Source: Candidatus Latescibacterota bacterium
GTDB taxonomy: Bacteria > Latescibacterota > UBA2968 > UBA8231
NCBI GenBank assembly: GCA_963422735.1
Contig: OY730476.1
Location: 1,120,001 to 1,184,000 of the forward strand
Length of the DNA: 64,000 nt
Reading direction: 5' to 3'
Shown: positions 1-8,746 of the stretch, one piece after another
How the letters are laid out: each line of letters begins with the position of its first letter
How positions within the stretch are numbered: the first letter of the stretch is position 1
The notes under the pieces: model-generated
Seen by the model: the letters and a program-made list of their open reading frames with translations, nothing else
What the model was told of the DNA's origin: nothing
Database searches by the model: none
Translations under genes and position numbers: made by a program

Positions 1-2
1 TC

Positions 3-185
3 ATTGCCATTGGCTTGGTGGCCAATCTGTTGGCGGTCGTTTATTGGCTCCTAGTCGTCCTGCTTCACGTGGCGGCACTGGGCGTTTTGACCACCCACTA
101 TCGGCTGACGGGCCACCAGCGCGCCGCCGAGCGGCAGATCGCCGCGCTTTCGGCACCGGCCGTCAACCCAGAGGAGGCCGCGTGA
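3..185 (+). CDS. 3' end of a membrane protein (possibly CDP-alcohol phosphatidyltransferase-like), truncated by window edge
   Basis: Open frame IAIGLVANLLAVVYWLLVVLLHVAALGVL...EEAA* with a hydrophobic helix; its TGA overlaps the GTG of the next gene (GTGA). Confidence 0.55.
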   Translation: MAIGLVANLLAVVYWLLVVLLHVAALGVLTTHYRLTGHQRAAERQIAALSAPAVNPEEAA

Positions 186-1213
186 GAGCTTTGCAAATTT
201 CCATGGTCGCCTTTGGCTTCCTGCTGCTGGGCTATCTCGTCGGCCAGCTCGGGGTTGCTGAGGTCCTCCACCGCTTAGACGCTATCAAGTGGGCCTTCCC
301 CTTGCTCTTGCTGCCCTCGTGCGCTTGGCATATCTCCAACGCGATCGCTTGGAACTTCGCCTTCCCGCCCGATGCCTTCAAACCAAGGCTACTCACCCTC
401 TTTGCGGCCAAGCTGGCCGGCGAGGCGGTCAATCAACTCACGCCGCTGGCCAATCTCGGCGGCGAGCCGGTCAAGGCCTATTTACTCACCCACCGGACGC
501 CCGGTCCGCGCGGCATGGCCTCGGTGGTCGTCGACAAAACCGCGCAAATTGCGGTTGGCCTGTCCTTTACCGTCCTTGGCCTAGGACTGTTGTTTTATTA
601 CCACGACGTGTCCGAGCTTATTCCCTTGGAATACCGGGCCCTTTTCGCCTGTCTGCTCGCCATCAGTTTGGCGGCCTTCTGGGTCTTCTACAAGCGTCAA
701 GAGCGCATGTTCACGTCCCTGCTCAAACTGCTCCGCTCGGCCGGCCTGCGCACCGACATGATCGAGCGCAACATGGGGCGTGCGGCGCGCATCGACACCA
801 ATATCGGGGCCTTTTACCGCACCCACCGCACCCGCTTCCTCCGCGCCTTGTTATTTCAGAGCATCGGCTGGTTTATGGGCACCTGCGAGACTTATGCCAT
901 CCTCTGGGCACTGGACGCGGGCATTGGTTTTTGGTTTTGTTTTCTGCTCAACGCCCTAGGCGCGGTCATCAACGCCCTGTTCTTCTTCATGCCCTCCAAT
1001 ATCGGGGTCATGGAAGGCAGCCTCGTATTTCTATTTTCCAGCTTGGGGTTGGACCCGTCTCTCGGCCTGTCTTTGGGTCTTACGCGCCGCCTGCGCCGCG
1101 TGTTTTGGATTTTCATCGGCTGGGCCTGCCTTAGCTACATGAGTCGCGCCGCGCTCCAGCACCGCCCCTCGACGGCCTTGAGCATGCTTCAGGAACAAGA
1201 AAACCCGCGCTGA
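182..1213 (+). CDS. Lysylphosphatidylglycerol synthase TM-domain / flippase-like membrane protein
   Basis: Multi-TM protein with AGEAVNQLTPLANLGGEPVKAYLL and PSNIGVMEG motifs; GAGGAGG RBS before GTG at 182. Confidence 0.8.
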   Translation: MRALQISMVAFGFLLLGYLVGQLGVAEVLHRLDAIKWAFPLLLLPSCAWHISNAIAWNFAFPPDAFKPRLLTLFAAKLAGEAVNQLTPLANLGGEPVKAYLLTHRTPGPRGMASVVVDKTAQIAVGLSFTVLGLGLLFYYHDVSELIPLEYRALFACLLAISLAAFWVFYKRQERMFTSLLKLLRSAGLRTDMIERNMGRAARIDTNIGAFYRTHRTRFLRALLFQSIGWFMGTCETYAILWALDAGIGFWFCFLLNALGAVINALFFFMPSNIGVMEGSLVFLFSSLGLDPSLGLSLGLTRRLRRVFWIFIGWACLSYMSRAALQHRPSTALSMLQEQENPR

Positions 1214-1229
1214 TTGACCGACAAAAGCA

Positions 1230-1979
1230 ATGCGCCGACTCATACTCGCTTGCCTAGCGGGCTACTGCGTCCTCTCTTTCTACACTGCCTCTGCCCAAGA
1301 CGCGCCGCCGGATGGAGGCGAGCACGAAGCCCCCCCGTACCTTGTCCTCGAAGACTTTGCCACCACCCCCCTAGACAGCCTGCCCCGTGGCTGGCGCTGG
1401 CGCCGCAAAGACAACGACAAACCCAAGCTCTACTCAGTCGGCGAGGCCAACGGCCACCGCTATCTAGCCGCACAGGACACCGGCCACTCGGTCGTCCTCA
1501 TGAAGCGAGTCCACTGGGATCCCCGGCAATACCCAATTATGACTTGGTGCTGGCGCGCCGACGCCCTGCCGCCGGGGGGCGACGAGCGCTATACCGAGAC
1601 CAACGACAGCGCCGCCGGAGTGCACGTCATTTTCTCGCACAACTTTCTCGGCATCCCGCGCCAGATCAAATACGTGTGGAGCACGACCTTGGCCCCCGGC
1701 ACCATCGCCCGCCGCAAAGGCATTGCCCGCCCCTATTTTGTCGTGCTCGAAAGCGGGCCGGAGAAGCTGGGGCAATGGCTCCAAGAGCAGGTCGATCTAG
1801 CAAGGGATCACGAGCGCGTTTTGTCGTCCAAGCTGCCTAAAAAAACCATCGGCATAGCGTTGCTCACCGATGCCAATTCGACCCGGGCGCACGCCGCAGC
1901 AGCCTACGCCGATTTCCGGGTCTGGCCGCGAGCGGCGCTGGCGCACATCCCCAACTACTGCGCCGGCCTCGCCCCATGA
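1230..1979 (+). CDS. DUF3047-family secreted protein
   Basis: Signal peptide; WCWRADALPPGGDE...NDSAA, IKYVWS, IALLTDANST motifs. Confidence 0.75.
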   Translation: MRRLILACLAGYCVLSFYTASAQDAPPDGGEHEAPPYLVLEDFATTPLDSLPRGWRWRRKDNDKPKLYSVGEANGHRYLAAQDTGHSVVLMKRVHWDPRQYPIMTWCWRADALPPGGDERYTETNDSAAGVHVIFSHNFLGIPRQIKYVWSTTLAPGTIARRKGIARPYFVVLESGPEKLGQWLQEQVDLARDHERVLSSKLPKKTIGIALLTDANSTRAHAAAAYADFRVWPRAALAHIPNYCAGLAP

Positions 1980-3115
1980 GAATCTGTATCGACGCCCGCT
2001 CGCTGCGCGACGTGCCCACCAGCCTCGGCCGCTACGCTGCCGACCTCGTCAGCCATATCGCCAAGCTGGACCGCGAAAACGAGTACCTCGTCGTCCGCCG
2101 CCCCTCGCGCCACGGCCCCATCGCCGACCAAGACAACTTCAGGGAGGTTTTTGCACCGCACGACATTTCCTCGGCGCACAACATCCTCGCCGGTGCTCGG
2201 GTCATCAACGGGCTCGACGCCGACGTGTACCACTCCCTGTTCCACTTTCTCCCCATCGGCGTGCGCACTCGGCGCGTCGTCATCACCCTACACGACCTGA
2301 TATGGGTGGATCACCCCCACCTCGCCGATGGCCGGCACTGGCGGCGGTGGGTCAAAGGGGCCCTAGGCAGCCTCGGTATCCGCCGGGCCATTGCCGCGGC
2401 CGACCACATAATCGCCGTCTCCGCAAGCACGCGCCAAGCCGCCATCCGCCACGGCGTGGCAGCCGATAAGGTAACGGTCATTCACCACGGCGTGGCTCCC
2501 GCCTGGCGCATTGACGAAGCGGAATCGGCCTTGTTTGACTTGGACAACGACCATGCGCAGCAAAATACTCTCGACAGTCTTGCAGAACGGCCTTTTGCCT
2601 TTGGCTTGGGCAACAGCTTGCCGTACAAAAACCTGCCTCGGCTGGTACGCGCTTTTGCCCAAGTCGCCCCGGCCCATCCCGATCTCGCGCTCGTGCTCGC
2701 CGGCCGCGGCGAGGGCCATCCTGCGCTCGTGCGGCTGGCACAGCAGCTCGGCCTGAGCAACCGGGTGCTCCTCGTCGGCCAGCTCAGCGACGACCAAATC
2801 CGCGCCTGTTTTGCCCACGCACTTTTTTTCGCGTTTCCGTCGCTGATAGAAGGATTCGGGCTGCCCGTGCTCGAAGCAATGGCCAGCGGCTGTCCGGTGC
2901 TTACGTCGAACTGTTCTTCGCTCGCCGAAGTCGCCGGAGAAAGCGCCGTGCTCGTCGATCCGCTCGACACCGCAGCCATCGCCGCTGGGATGCAGCGCCT
3001 GCTGACCGATTCCGCGCTCCGTCAACAGCTATCGCGCCAAGGCCGACAACGGGCCGCTGCCTTCACTTGGGAAGACGCGGCCTGGCAAACTATTCAACTG
3101 TACAAGCAGCTATAG
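1976..3115 (+). CDS. Glycosyltransferase family 4 (GT-B)
   Basis: MRICIDAR start, TLHDL, KNLPRL, FPSLIEGFGLPVLEAMASGCPV. Confidence 0.92.
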   Translation: MRICIDARSLRDVPTSLGRYAADLVSHIAKLDRENEYLVVRRPSRHGPIADQDNFREVFAPHDISSAHNILAGARVINGLDADVYHSLFHFLPIGVRTRRVVITLHDLIWVDHPHLADGRHWRRWVKGALGSLGIRRAIAAADHIIAVSASTRQAAIRHGVAADKVTVIHHGVAPAWRIDEAESALFDLDNDHAQQNTLDSLAERPFAFGLGNSLPYKNLPRLVRAFAQVAPAHPDLALVLAGRGEGHPALVRLAQQLGLSNRVLLVGQLSDDQIRACFAHALFFAFPSLIEGFGLPVLEAMASGCPVLTSNCSSLAEVAGESAVLVDPLDTAAIAAGMQRLLTDSALRQQLSRQGRQRAAAFTWEDAAWQTIQLYKQL

Positions 3116-3232
3116 CTGTCGCGCCGCATATCCGCATGATGGCGTCGCACCCTCGAAAAACCCTCGACGCTAGGGGATCCTCGTCACCCACATAGCCAGC
3201 GATTCAAGTTATGGCACCGCTAATCAGCATCA

Positions 3233-4279
3233 TTAGGTGGAACTCTTAGGTCGAGTAGACGGGGTACCCATGGGATGTGGGCCGTTGGTCAGGGGGCTTC
3301 TGCGGGCGTGGTCGTACACTGCGTCCTGTATTTCGAGGATGCGCACGGCTTGGTCGATATTGGGGGTGAAAGACCGTCCGTCCGCCAAAGCGGTCAGCGC
3401 TTGATCGACAATGGTCTTCATGCACTCGCCGTGCGACAGATCCTCACTGAATTGCACCCCCTCGGCCGTGTGGACTTCGATGAGGGGCTCGCCCTCTTTG
3501 CCGTACTGCTGGAAAACCATGGCGCGGGTGCCGATAAAGCGGAAGAAGTGGTCGCCGCTACGCACTCCTGCCGGATAGGCGTAGCCGCTTTCAATAAAGC
3601 CGGTTACGCCCCCATCGGTGCGCAGCATGCCCAAGCCAATATCCTCCACTGTGCGGCCATAAGTGGCATTGGACATGATGGCACCGACCACGTGTACCGT
3701 CTGCTCGCCGACGAATTGCAGGAAGGTGTCAATGCCGTGGGCCGCCTCTACGGCCCAACTGCCGCCGCCGGAAATGGCCGGATCGTTGTGCCAAGCCGAG
3801 GGAGTCGGGTCGTAGCGCGAGGGCGGGCCGTTATTGAGACGGCTGCTGTACTGGACCAGCTCGCCCAGCGTGCCGTCAGCTAACAGACGCTCCACAGTGG
3901 CGACGATGCGGCTGGCGCGGTTGGGTAGGGTGAGGGCACTCAAGACCCCGTATTGGGCCGAAGCTGCGGCCACGGGTCGGAGCCGGGCGGCGCAATCGGC
4001 AAAGGGTTTGTCGAGCAGGTAGGGGATGCGCCGATCCACGCAGGCCTGCACGTGATCCGGCATTTCAAGGTGCTTGCCAGCGACCAAGGCGGCTTCGGGG
4101 CCCACGGCGTCGAGGCACTCGCCCGCCGTGGCAAAGCCTGGGCATTGAAAAATTTCTGCGAGTTGTTGGCGCGGGGCTTCTTCCCCATCCATGACCCCGA
4201 TTATATCGTGCCCCAAGGCACAGGCGGTCTGGCCGATGCTGCGGCCGTGGTGACTGTACGACAGGACGACTAGGCGCAT
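3233..4279 (-). CDS. Gfo/Idh/MocA family oxidoreductase
   Basis: LLDKP motif, SGGGSWAVEAAHGID; start taken at MRLVVL, overlapping the upstream gene. Confidence 0.8.
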   Translation of the reverse strand: MRLVVLSYSHHGRSIGQTACALGHDIIGVMDGEEAPRQQLAEIFQCPGFATAGECLDAVGPEAALVAGKHLEMPDHVQACVDRRIPYLLDKPFADCAARLRPVAAASAQYGVLSALTLPNRASRIVATVERLLADGTLGELVQYSSRLNNGPPSRYDPTPSAWHNDPAISGGGSWAVEAAHGIDTFLQFVGEQTVHVVGAIMSNATYGRTVEDIGLGMLRTDGGVTGFIESGYAYPAGVRSGDHFFRFIGTRAMVFQQYGKEGEPLIEVHTAEGVQFSEDLSHGECMKTIVDQALTALADGRSFTPNIDQAVRILEIQDAVYDHARRSPLTNGPHPMGTPSTRPKSST

Positions 4280-4875
4280 AGGTCGGTATCCTTGCTGGAA
4301 TTGGAACCTGCCGACCACTCGGTTTGGGCGATGCGCATATCGCAGGTAGAGCGCGCCTTGCCGCCGGGCGGCTGCGGAGTGTGAGCCACGACGCGGAAGC
4401 CCGCTTTGGCAAACGCGGCGCGGCTGCGGGGGTTATAGTCGGCAATGTCGCAGGCGAAGATAAAATCGGCCTTTTCCTCGGCAAAACCGAAATCGACCAA
4501 CGCACGGATTATTTCGGTCCCCAAGCCCTTATTCCAATGCTGCTTCTCACCAATGGACAGGTCAATGCGGCGGCAGTCGCTGCCGGGATGGGCCTCGATA
4601 ATGCGCAACAGATTCATGGTTTGCAACCAAGCCTCGGCGATGGGCTGGCCGTCGAGTTCGGCGAGAAAGCAGAAGGCGGCTTGCGAGATGCCGCCGTACA
4701 TGCGCTTGATCTGGTCGAGCGTATAGGCCGTCACATCCGAGCCGTCGGCGTAATACAATACATCGGGATTTTGGTTCCAGCTAAGCAAAGTGCCCCAATC
4801 GGCGTCGGTCATGGGACGCAGGTGCAGGCGGGGCGTGTGCAGGTGGATGGCGTGGCTTTTGAGGGAGGGTGGCAT
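4270..4875 (-). CDS. GNAT (RimJ/RimL-like) N-acetyltransferase
   Basis: LHTPRLHLRPM, WNKGLGTE, YNPRSRAAFAKAGF. Confidence 0.85.
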   Translation of the reverse strand: MPPSLKSHAIHLHTPRLHLRPMTDADWGTLLSWNQNPDVLYYADGSDVTAYTLDQIKRMYGGISQAAFCFLAELDGQPIAEAWLQTMNLLRIIEAHPGSDCRRIDLSIGEKQHWNKGLGTEIIRALVDFGFAEEKADFIFACDIADYNPRSRAAFAKAGFRVVAHTPQPPGGKARSTCDMRIAQTEWSAGSNSSKDTDLCA

Positions 4876-5034
4876 GGTGCCTGTGAAACCCAAACGGATC
4901 GGAGCTATACAGTCGGTGACAGAATAGAGAACTTGGTAATTCCTACGTCAATGCCGACCGCCTCGGTACGCTCCGGCAACGGCGCGGCTCGCAGTCGTCC
5001 TGCTCGCTTGGAATAGTTTTTTAGAAAGGTCCCT

Positions 5035-5750
5035 CTATGTCCCCGTCATCCTGTCGGCATCTGCGACGGGACGACGGAGATACTTTGGATCGGCGATAGT
5101 CATGATCAATTGCCGAGACCACGCCTTCTGCGGATCGTTTACGTACTCCCAGAGATTTCCGGGCAGCCAGCCATCTACGGTCTGGTGCTCCATTTCTGCG
5201 ACCATGAACCACACATCGTTAGGCAGTCGATCAGGAAGAATGGCACTGAGGTCTTGGGTATTGAGTCTGGAGACAAGGATGGCGGCGTACGGAAACGGCG
5301 CAACCCATGTTCGAACTCCCTCAGTGTCGTTGAGCACCGCGTACGCCTGCTCCTGTGTGCAGGGTTGGCTGTATGTAAAGAGATAGCTTTCCTCATCTGT
5401 ATCGGTTGAGGCTGGTGGTTCATCTTCTTCGGACGAAGATCCTTTATGGGGGTGTCAGAAGACCCAAGACAGTCCCCAGAGAATGACAACCAAAGCGACC
5501 AACGAACCTTCTTAGAGTTGTCTGAAGGGTCACTTATCTTATATCCTTTGATCTCCACTTCACGGCCCCCAAGAGCCCACAGAGTGTAGAAAAGTATAGG
5601 TATTTGGCCAGCGCGAATTGCTCCACCACCTCCGGCTCGTCTTGGTACAGATTCTTGTCGAAAGGGTTTTGTACCGTCCCGCTCCTTCGAGGGCGTCTTT
5701 AAGAATATCAGTGCTTCCGTCGTAGCCTCCGATTTTAAGCTACCGAGCAT
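5035..5750 (-). pseudogene. Frameshifted hypothetical gene with a small ferredoxin-like C-terminal domain
   Basis: ATG at 5750; the C-terminal part (SYLFTYSQP...GWLPGNLWEYVN) lies in another frame from about 5450; lower GC. Confidence 0.4.
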
Positions 5751-5978
5751 GAGCGTTATTTCTCTCTCCCCTCCGCCGCGTACGTCTGGCCGGGTTGGAG
5801 TTCAAAATGCGCCCTGCTGCCGCCTTGCAGGCCCAATAGAATGCATACATCCGAGCCATCGGGGGCGGGTGGCGAGCAGTTTTTGCGCGTCGAATTCCAC
5901 GCTCAACATCTGCCGACGAGCTTGACCCACTACCAATAATACCTATTTATTTCCCCTTTACGATCCGGAGACGATCCC

Positions 5979-6842
5979 ATGCCAAAGCTAAAAATTGTCG
6001 GTGCCGGTACGCCCACCCCCACCCACGACCGCTGGGGCACCTGTTTCATTCTCGATATCTGCGACCAGCGGCTGATGATCGACTGCGGCCCCGCATCGAC
6101 CTACAAGATGCATCGCATGGGCATTCCCTGCACTTCGGTCCACAACCTGTTCTTCACTCACCTGCACTCCGACCACATCTCGGATTATCTCTGCTTCCTG
6201 ATGACGCGCTTCGACCAGTGCATCGGCACCGAGCCCGACCTGCACGTCTATGGGCCAGCCCCGATCAAGCGCATTACCGACGGCCTCTGGAGTCCCAATG
6301 GTCTCTTCTGGTACGACGCGATCGCCCGCACCAATCATCCCATGAGCGTCCACGCCTACCAGATGCGCGGCGGCGTGGGCGATTCTAGGCCGGAACCGGT
6401 GGTTCTCGCAGCTGAATACGCCGAGGGAAAAGTAGCTGCTGGCAAGGGCTGGACCTGCTATGCGCGCGAGGTCAAGCACGCCCAGCCCTACATCGAATGC
6501 TATGGCTTTCGCTTTGAGACCGCAGAAGGCGTTGTCGCTTTCAGCGGCGATACAGCACCGATCGAGTCCGTGGTCGAGCTAGCGAGGGACGCGGACCTGT
6601 TCGTGATGGAGGCCGTGCATCGGGAGGAAAAGATCCAAACCTTCCCCAGCGTCATCTCCGAAACCGGCACCCTGAATGCCGGGCGCATGGCCGCCGAGGC
6701 CGGTGCCAAGCGCTTGGTAATCAACCATCAGTCCCCGACCCTCGATCCCGAAGAAGAGACCACCGAGGGAATCGCCGAAGTAAAAAGCGTCTTCGACGGG
6801 CCTATGTACTGGGCGCGGGACATGATGGAAGTGGCCTGGTGA
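5979..6842 (+). CDS. MBL-fold metallo-hydrolase (RNase Z/AtsA-like)
   Basis: GAGTP, IDCG, THLHSDHISD, FSGDT, LVINH; GGAG RBS. Confidence 0.88.
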   Translation: MPKLKIVGAGTPTPTHDRWGTCFILDICDQRLMIDCGPASTYKMHRMGIPCTSVHNLFFTHLHSDHISDYLCFLMTRFDQCIGTEPDLHVYGPAPIKRITDGLWSPNGLFWYDAIARTNHPMSVHAYQMRGGVGDSRPEPVVLAAEYAEGKVAAGKGWTCYAREVKHAQPYIECYGFRFETAEGVVAFSGDTAPIESVVELARDADLFVMEAVHREEKIQTFPSVISETGTLNAGRMAAEAGAKRLVINHQSPTLDPEEETTEGIAEVKSVFDGPMYWARDMMEVAW

Positions 6843-6855
6843 TCGGTCCAAGATC

Positions 6856-7894
6856 ATGGCACCACCCTTCCGTTTCGTCCGCCTCAACGCCACCATGTAC
6901 CCAGCCGGAAAGCTGGAGCGATCGCGGTACGCTAAGTTCGGCATCGAACCTGAATACGTCGCAGAAGAAAACCGGCAGGAACTCATTCGCCGGCGAGCGG
7001 GCTGCGCTGCCGTCGCCGTCGTCTCGACGGGCTTGCCCGCGGCGGTGGTCGCCTCGCTGGATCGGTGCCGCCGGATCGCTCGCCTCGGCCACGGCCCCGA
7101 TACGATCGCCGTGGCAACGGCTACGGAACGCGGCCTCGTCGTCTCCAACGCCCCTTTCTTCTGCGCCGAGGAAAGGACCGACCCCATCATGGCCATGCTG
7201 CGGTCCTTGGCCCGCCGGCTACCGCGCATGGAGCGGTTCATGCGCACCGGCTGCTTCCGCCAGGCCCGCGCCGAGGCCACCCCGTTGCAGCGGCTCTCCA
7301 CCTGTGCGCTGGGCCTCGTCGGCTTGGGAGCCACCGGCGAGCGGGTCGCCGGCCGCGCTAGGGCCTTTGGCCTCCGCGTCTTGGCCACGCGCAGCAACCT
7401 GCGGGCACCTCTGCCGGCGGACTTGGACGTCGAAAGGGTGGACCTGAAAACGCGGCTTGCCGAGTCCGACTTCCTTTCCTTGCAGTGGCCCCTGAATGCG
7501 GACCCCTACCACCTGTTCGACGAAGAGCTGCTGCGCAAGATGAAGCCGGACTCCTACCGGATCAACACCTCTCGCGGTGCCTTGGTAGCGGAAGAGGCGC
7601 TCGTGCGGGTCCTGCGGGAGGGACCACGGGCTGGAGCGGCGCTGGATACCTATGAGCACGGACGAGGATCAGACCCCGCAGCATCCCCTCATGGCGCGGG
7701 ACAACGTCCTGATGACGTCCCCCGTCTCCGCCCACTCGGTGCCATCTGGCGAAGACGGGGTGCGCACTGGCGTCTGCCATCTGGCCTCCGTCCTCAAGGG
7801 CTACTGGCCAGCACCGGAAAACATCGTCAACCGAGGGGTGGTGCCTAAGTATCCGCTGAAACCACACGGTGCAGCGCGGTACGCCAGCGCGTGA
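6856..7894 (+). pseudogene. D-isomer-specific 2-hydroxyacid dehydrogenase, frameshifted near 7650
   Basis: GLVGLGATG and INTSRGALV motifs; the C-terminus (HPLMARDNVLMT...ENIVN) is in another frame; many aberrant residues. Confidence 0.75.
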
Positions 7895-7928
7895 GGAAGT
7901 GGGCACCGTCCCCCAAGAAAGGAAGAAC

Positions 7929-8723
7929 AGGTCCCCGCGACGTCTCATCCTCTGGGTCCTCGACGGACTGCGGTCCGACGGTTTGCAATAGGCCTCCACC
8001 CCCTACATCAACCCCTTGATCCGCCAAGGTGCCAGCACCTATGCGGCCCGCACCGTAATGCCCTCATCTACCCTGCCCTGCCACACCTCCATGTTTCGCG
8101 GCGTGACCCCACAACGGCACGGCATGACCCCCCACACTGGGGTGCCCCAAGTCAGGCCCGTGCCCAGCCTCGTCGAGGTGCTGCACCAAGCTGGCAAGCG
8201 CACGGCCTTCTTCTACAATTGGGAGCCATGGCGCGATCTAGCCGACCCAGGCTCGCTGGACCGCTCGTACTATATGAACCATTGCCACGAGCCGAACGGC
8301 GATGGGGAATGGGCCCGCTTGGCCGCGGCGACTAGGCGGGAATGGACGCCCGATTTTGCTTTGGTCTATCTAGGCGGCACCGATATAGCCGGCCACGATC
8401 ACGGCTGGATGTCGGCCGAATATCTAGCCGCTATTGGGCGGGCCGATGCGGCCATTGGCCCGGTGTTGGAGGGAGTCAACCGGGAAGAGACCGCGGTCGT
8501 CGTCACCAGCGACCCCGGGGGACACGGGCGCACCCACGGCACGGAAATGGACGAGGACATGACCCTTCCGTGGGGGATCGCCGGTACTCCGGGGGCCCCC
8601 GGGCGGTGCTTGCAGGAGCCGGTGAATATCATAGACCACCCGACGACTATTGCCGCTTTGCTAAAAGTAGCACCGGCGCGGGATGGGGCCGGACAAGTGG
8701 TGCGGGAAGCCATAAGCGCATAA
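7929..8723 (+). pseudogene. Alkaline phosphatase / type I phosphodiesterase family, degenerate
   Basis: LWVLDGLRSDGLQ*ASTP with in-frame TAG at 7989; probable start mutated to AGG at 7929 after an AAAGGAAG RBS; TLPCHTSMFRG and TDIAGHDHGW retained, DHGG changed to DPGG. Confidence 0.75.
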
Positions 8724-8746
8724 CGAACCCGTTTTCCCAGACAACC

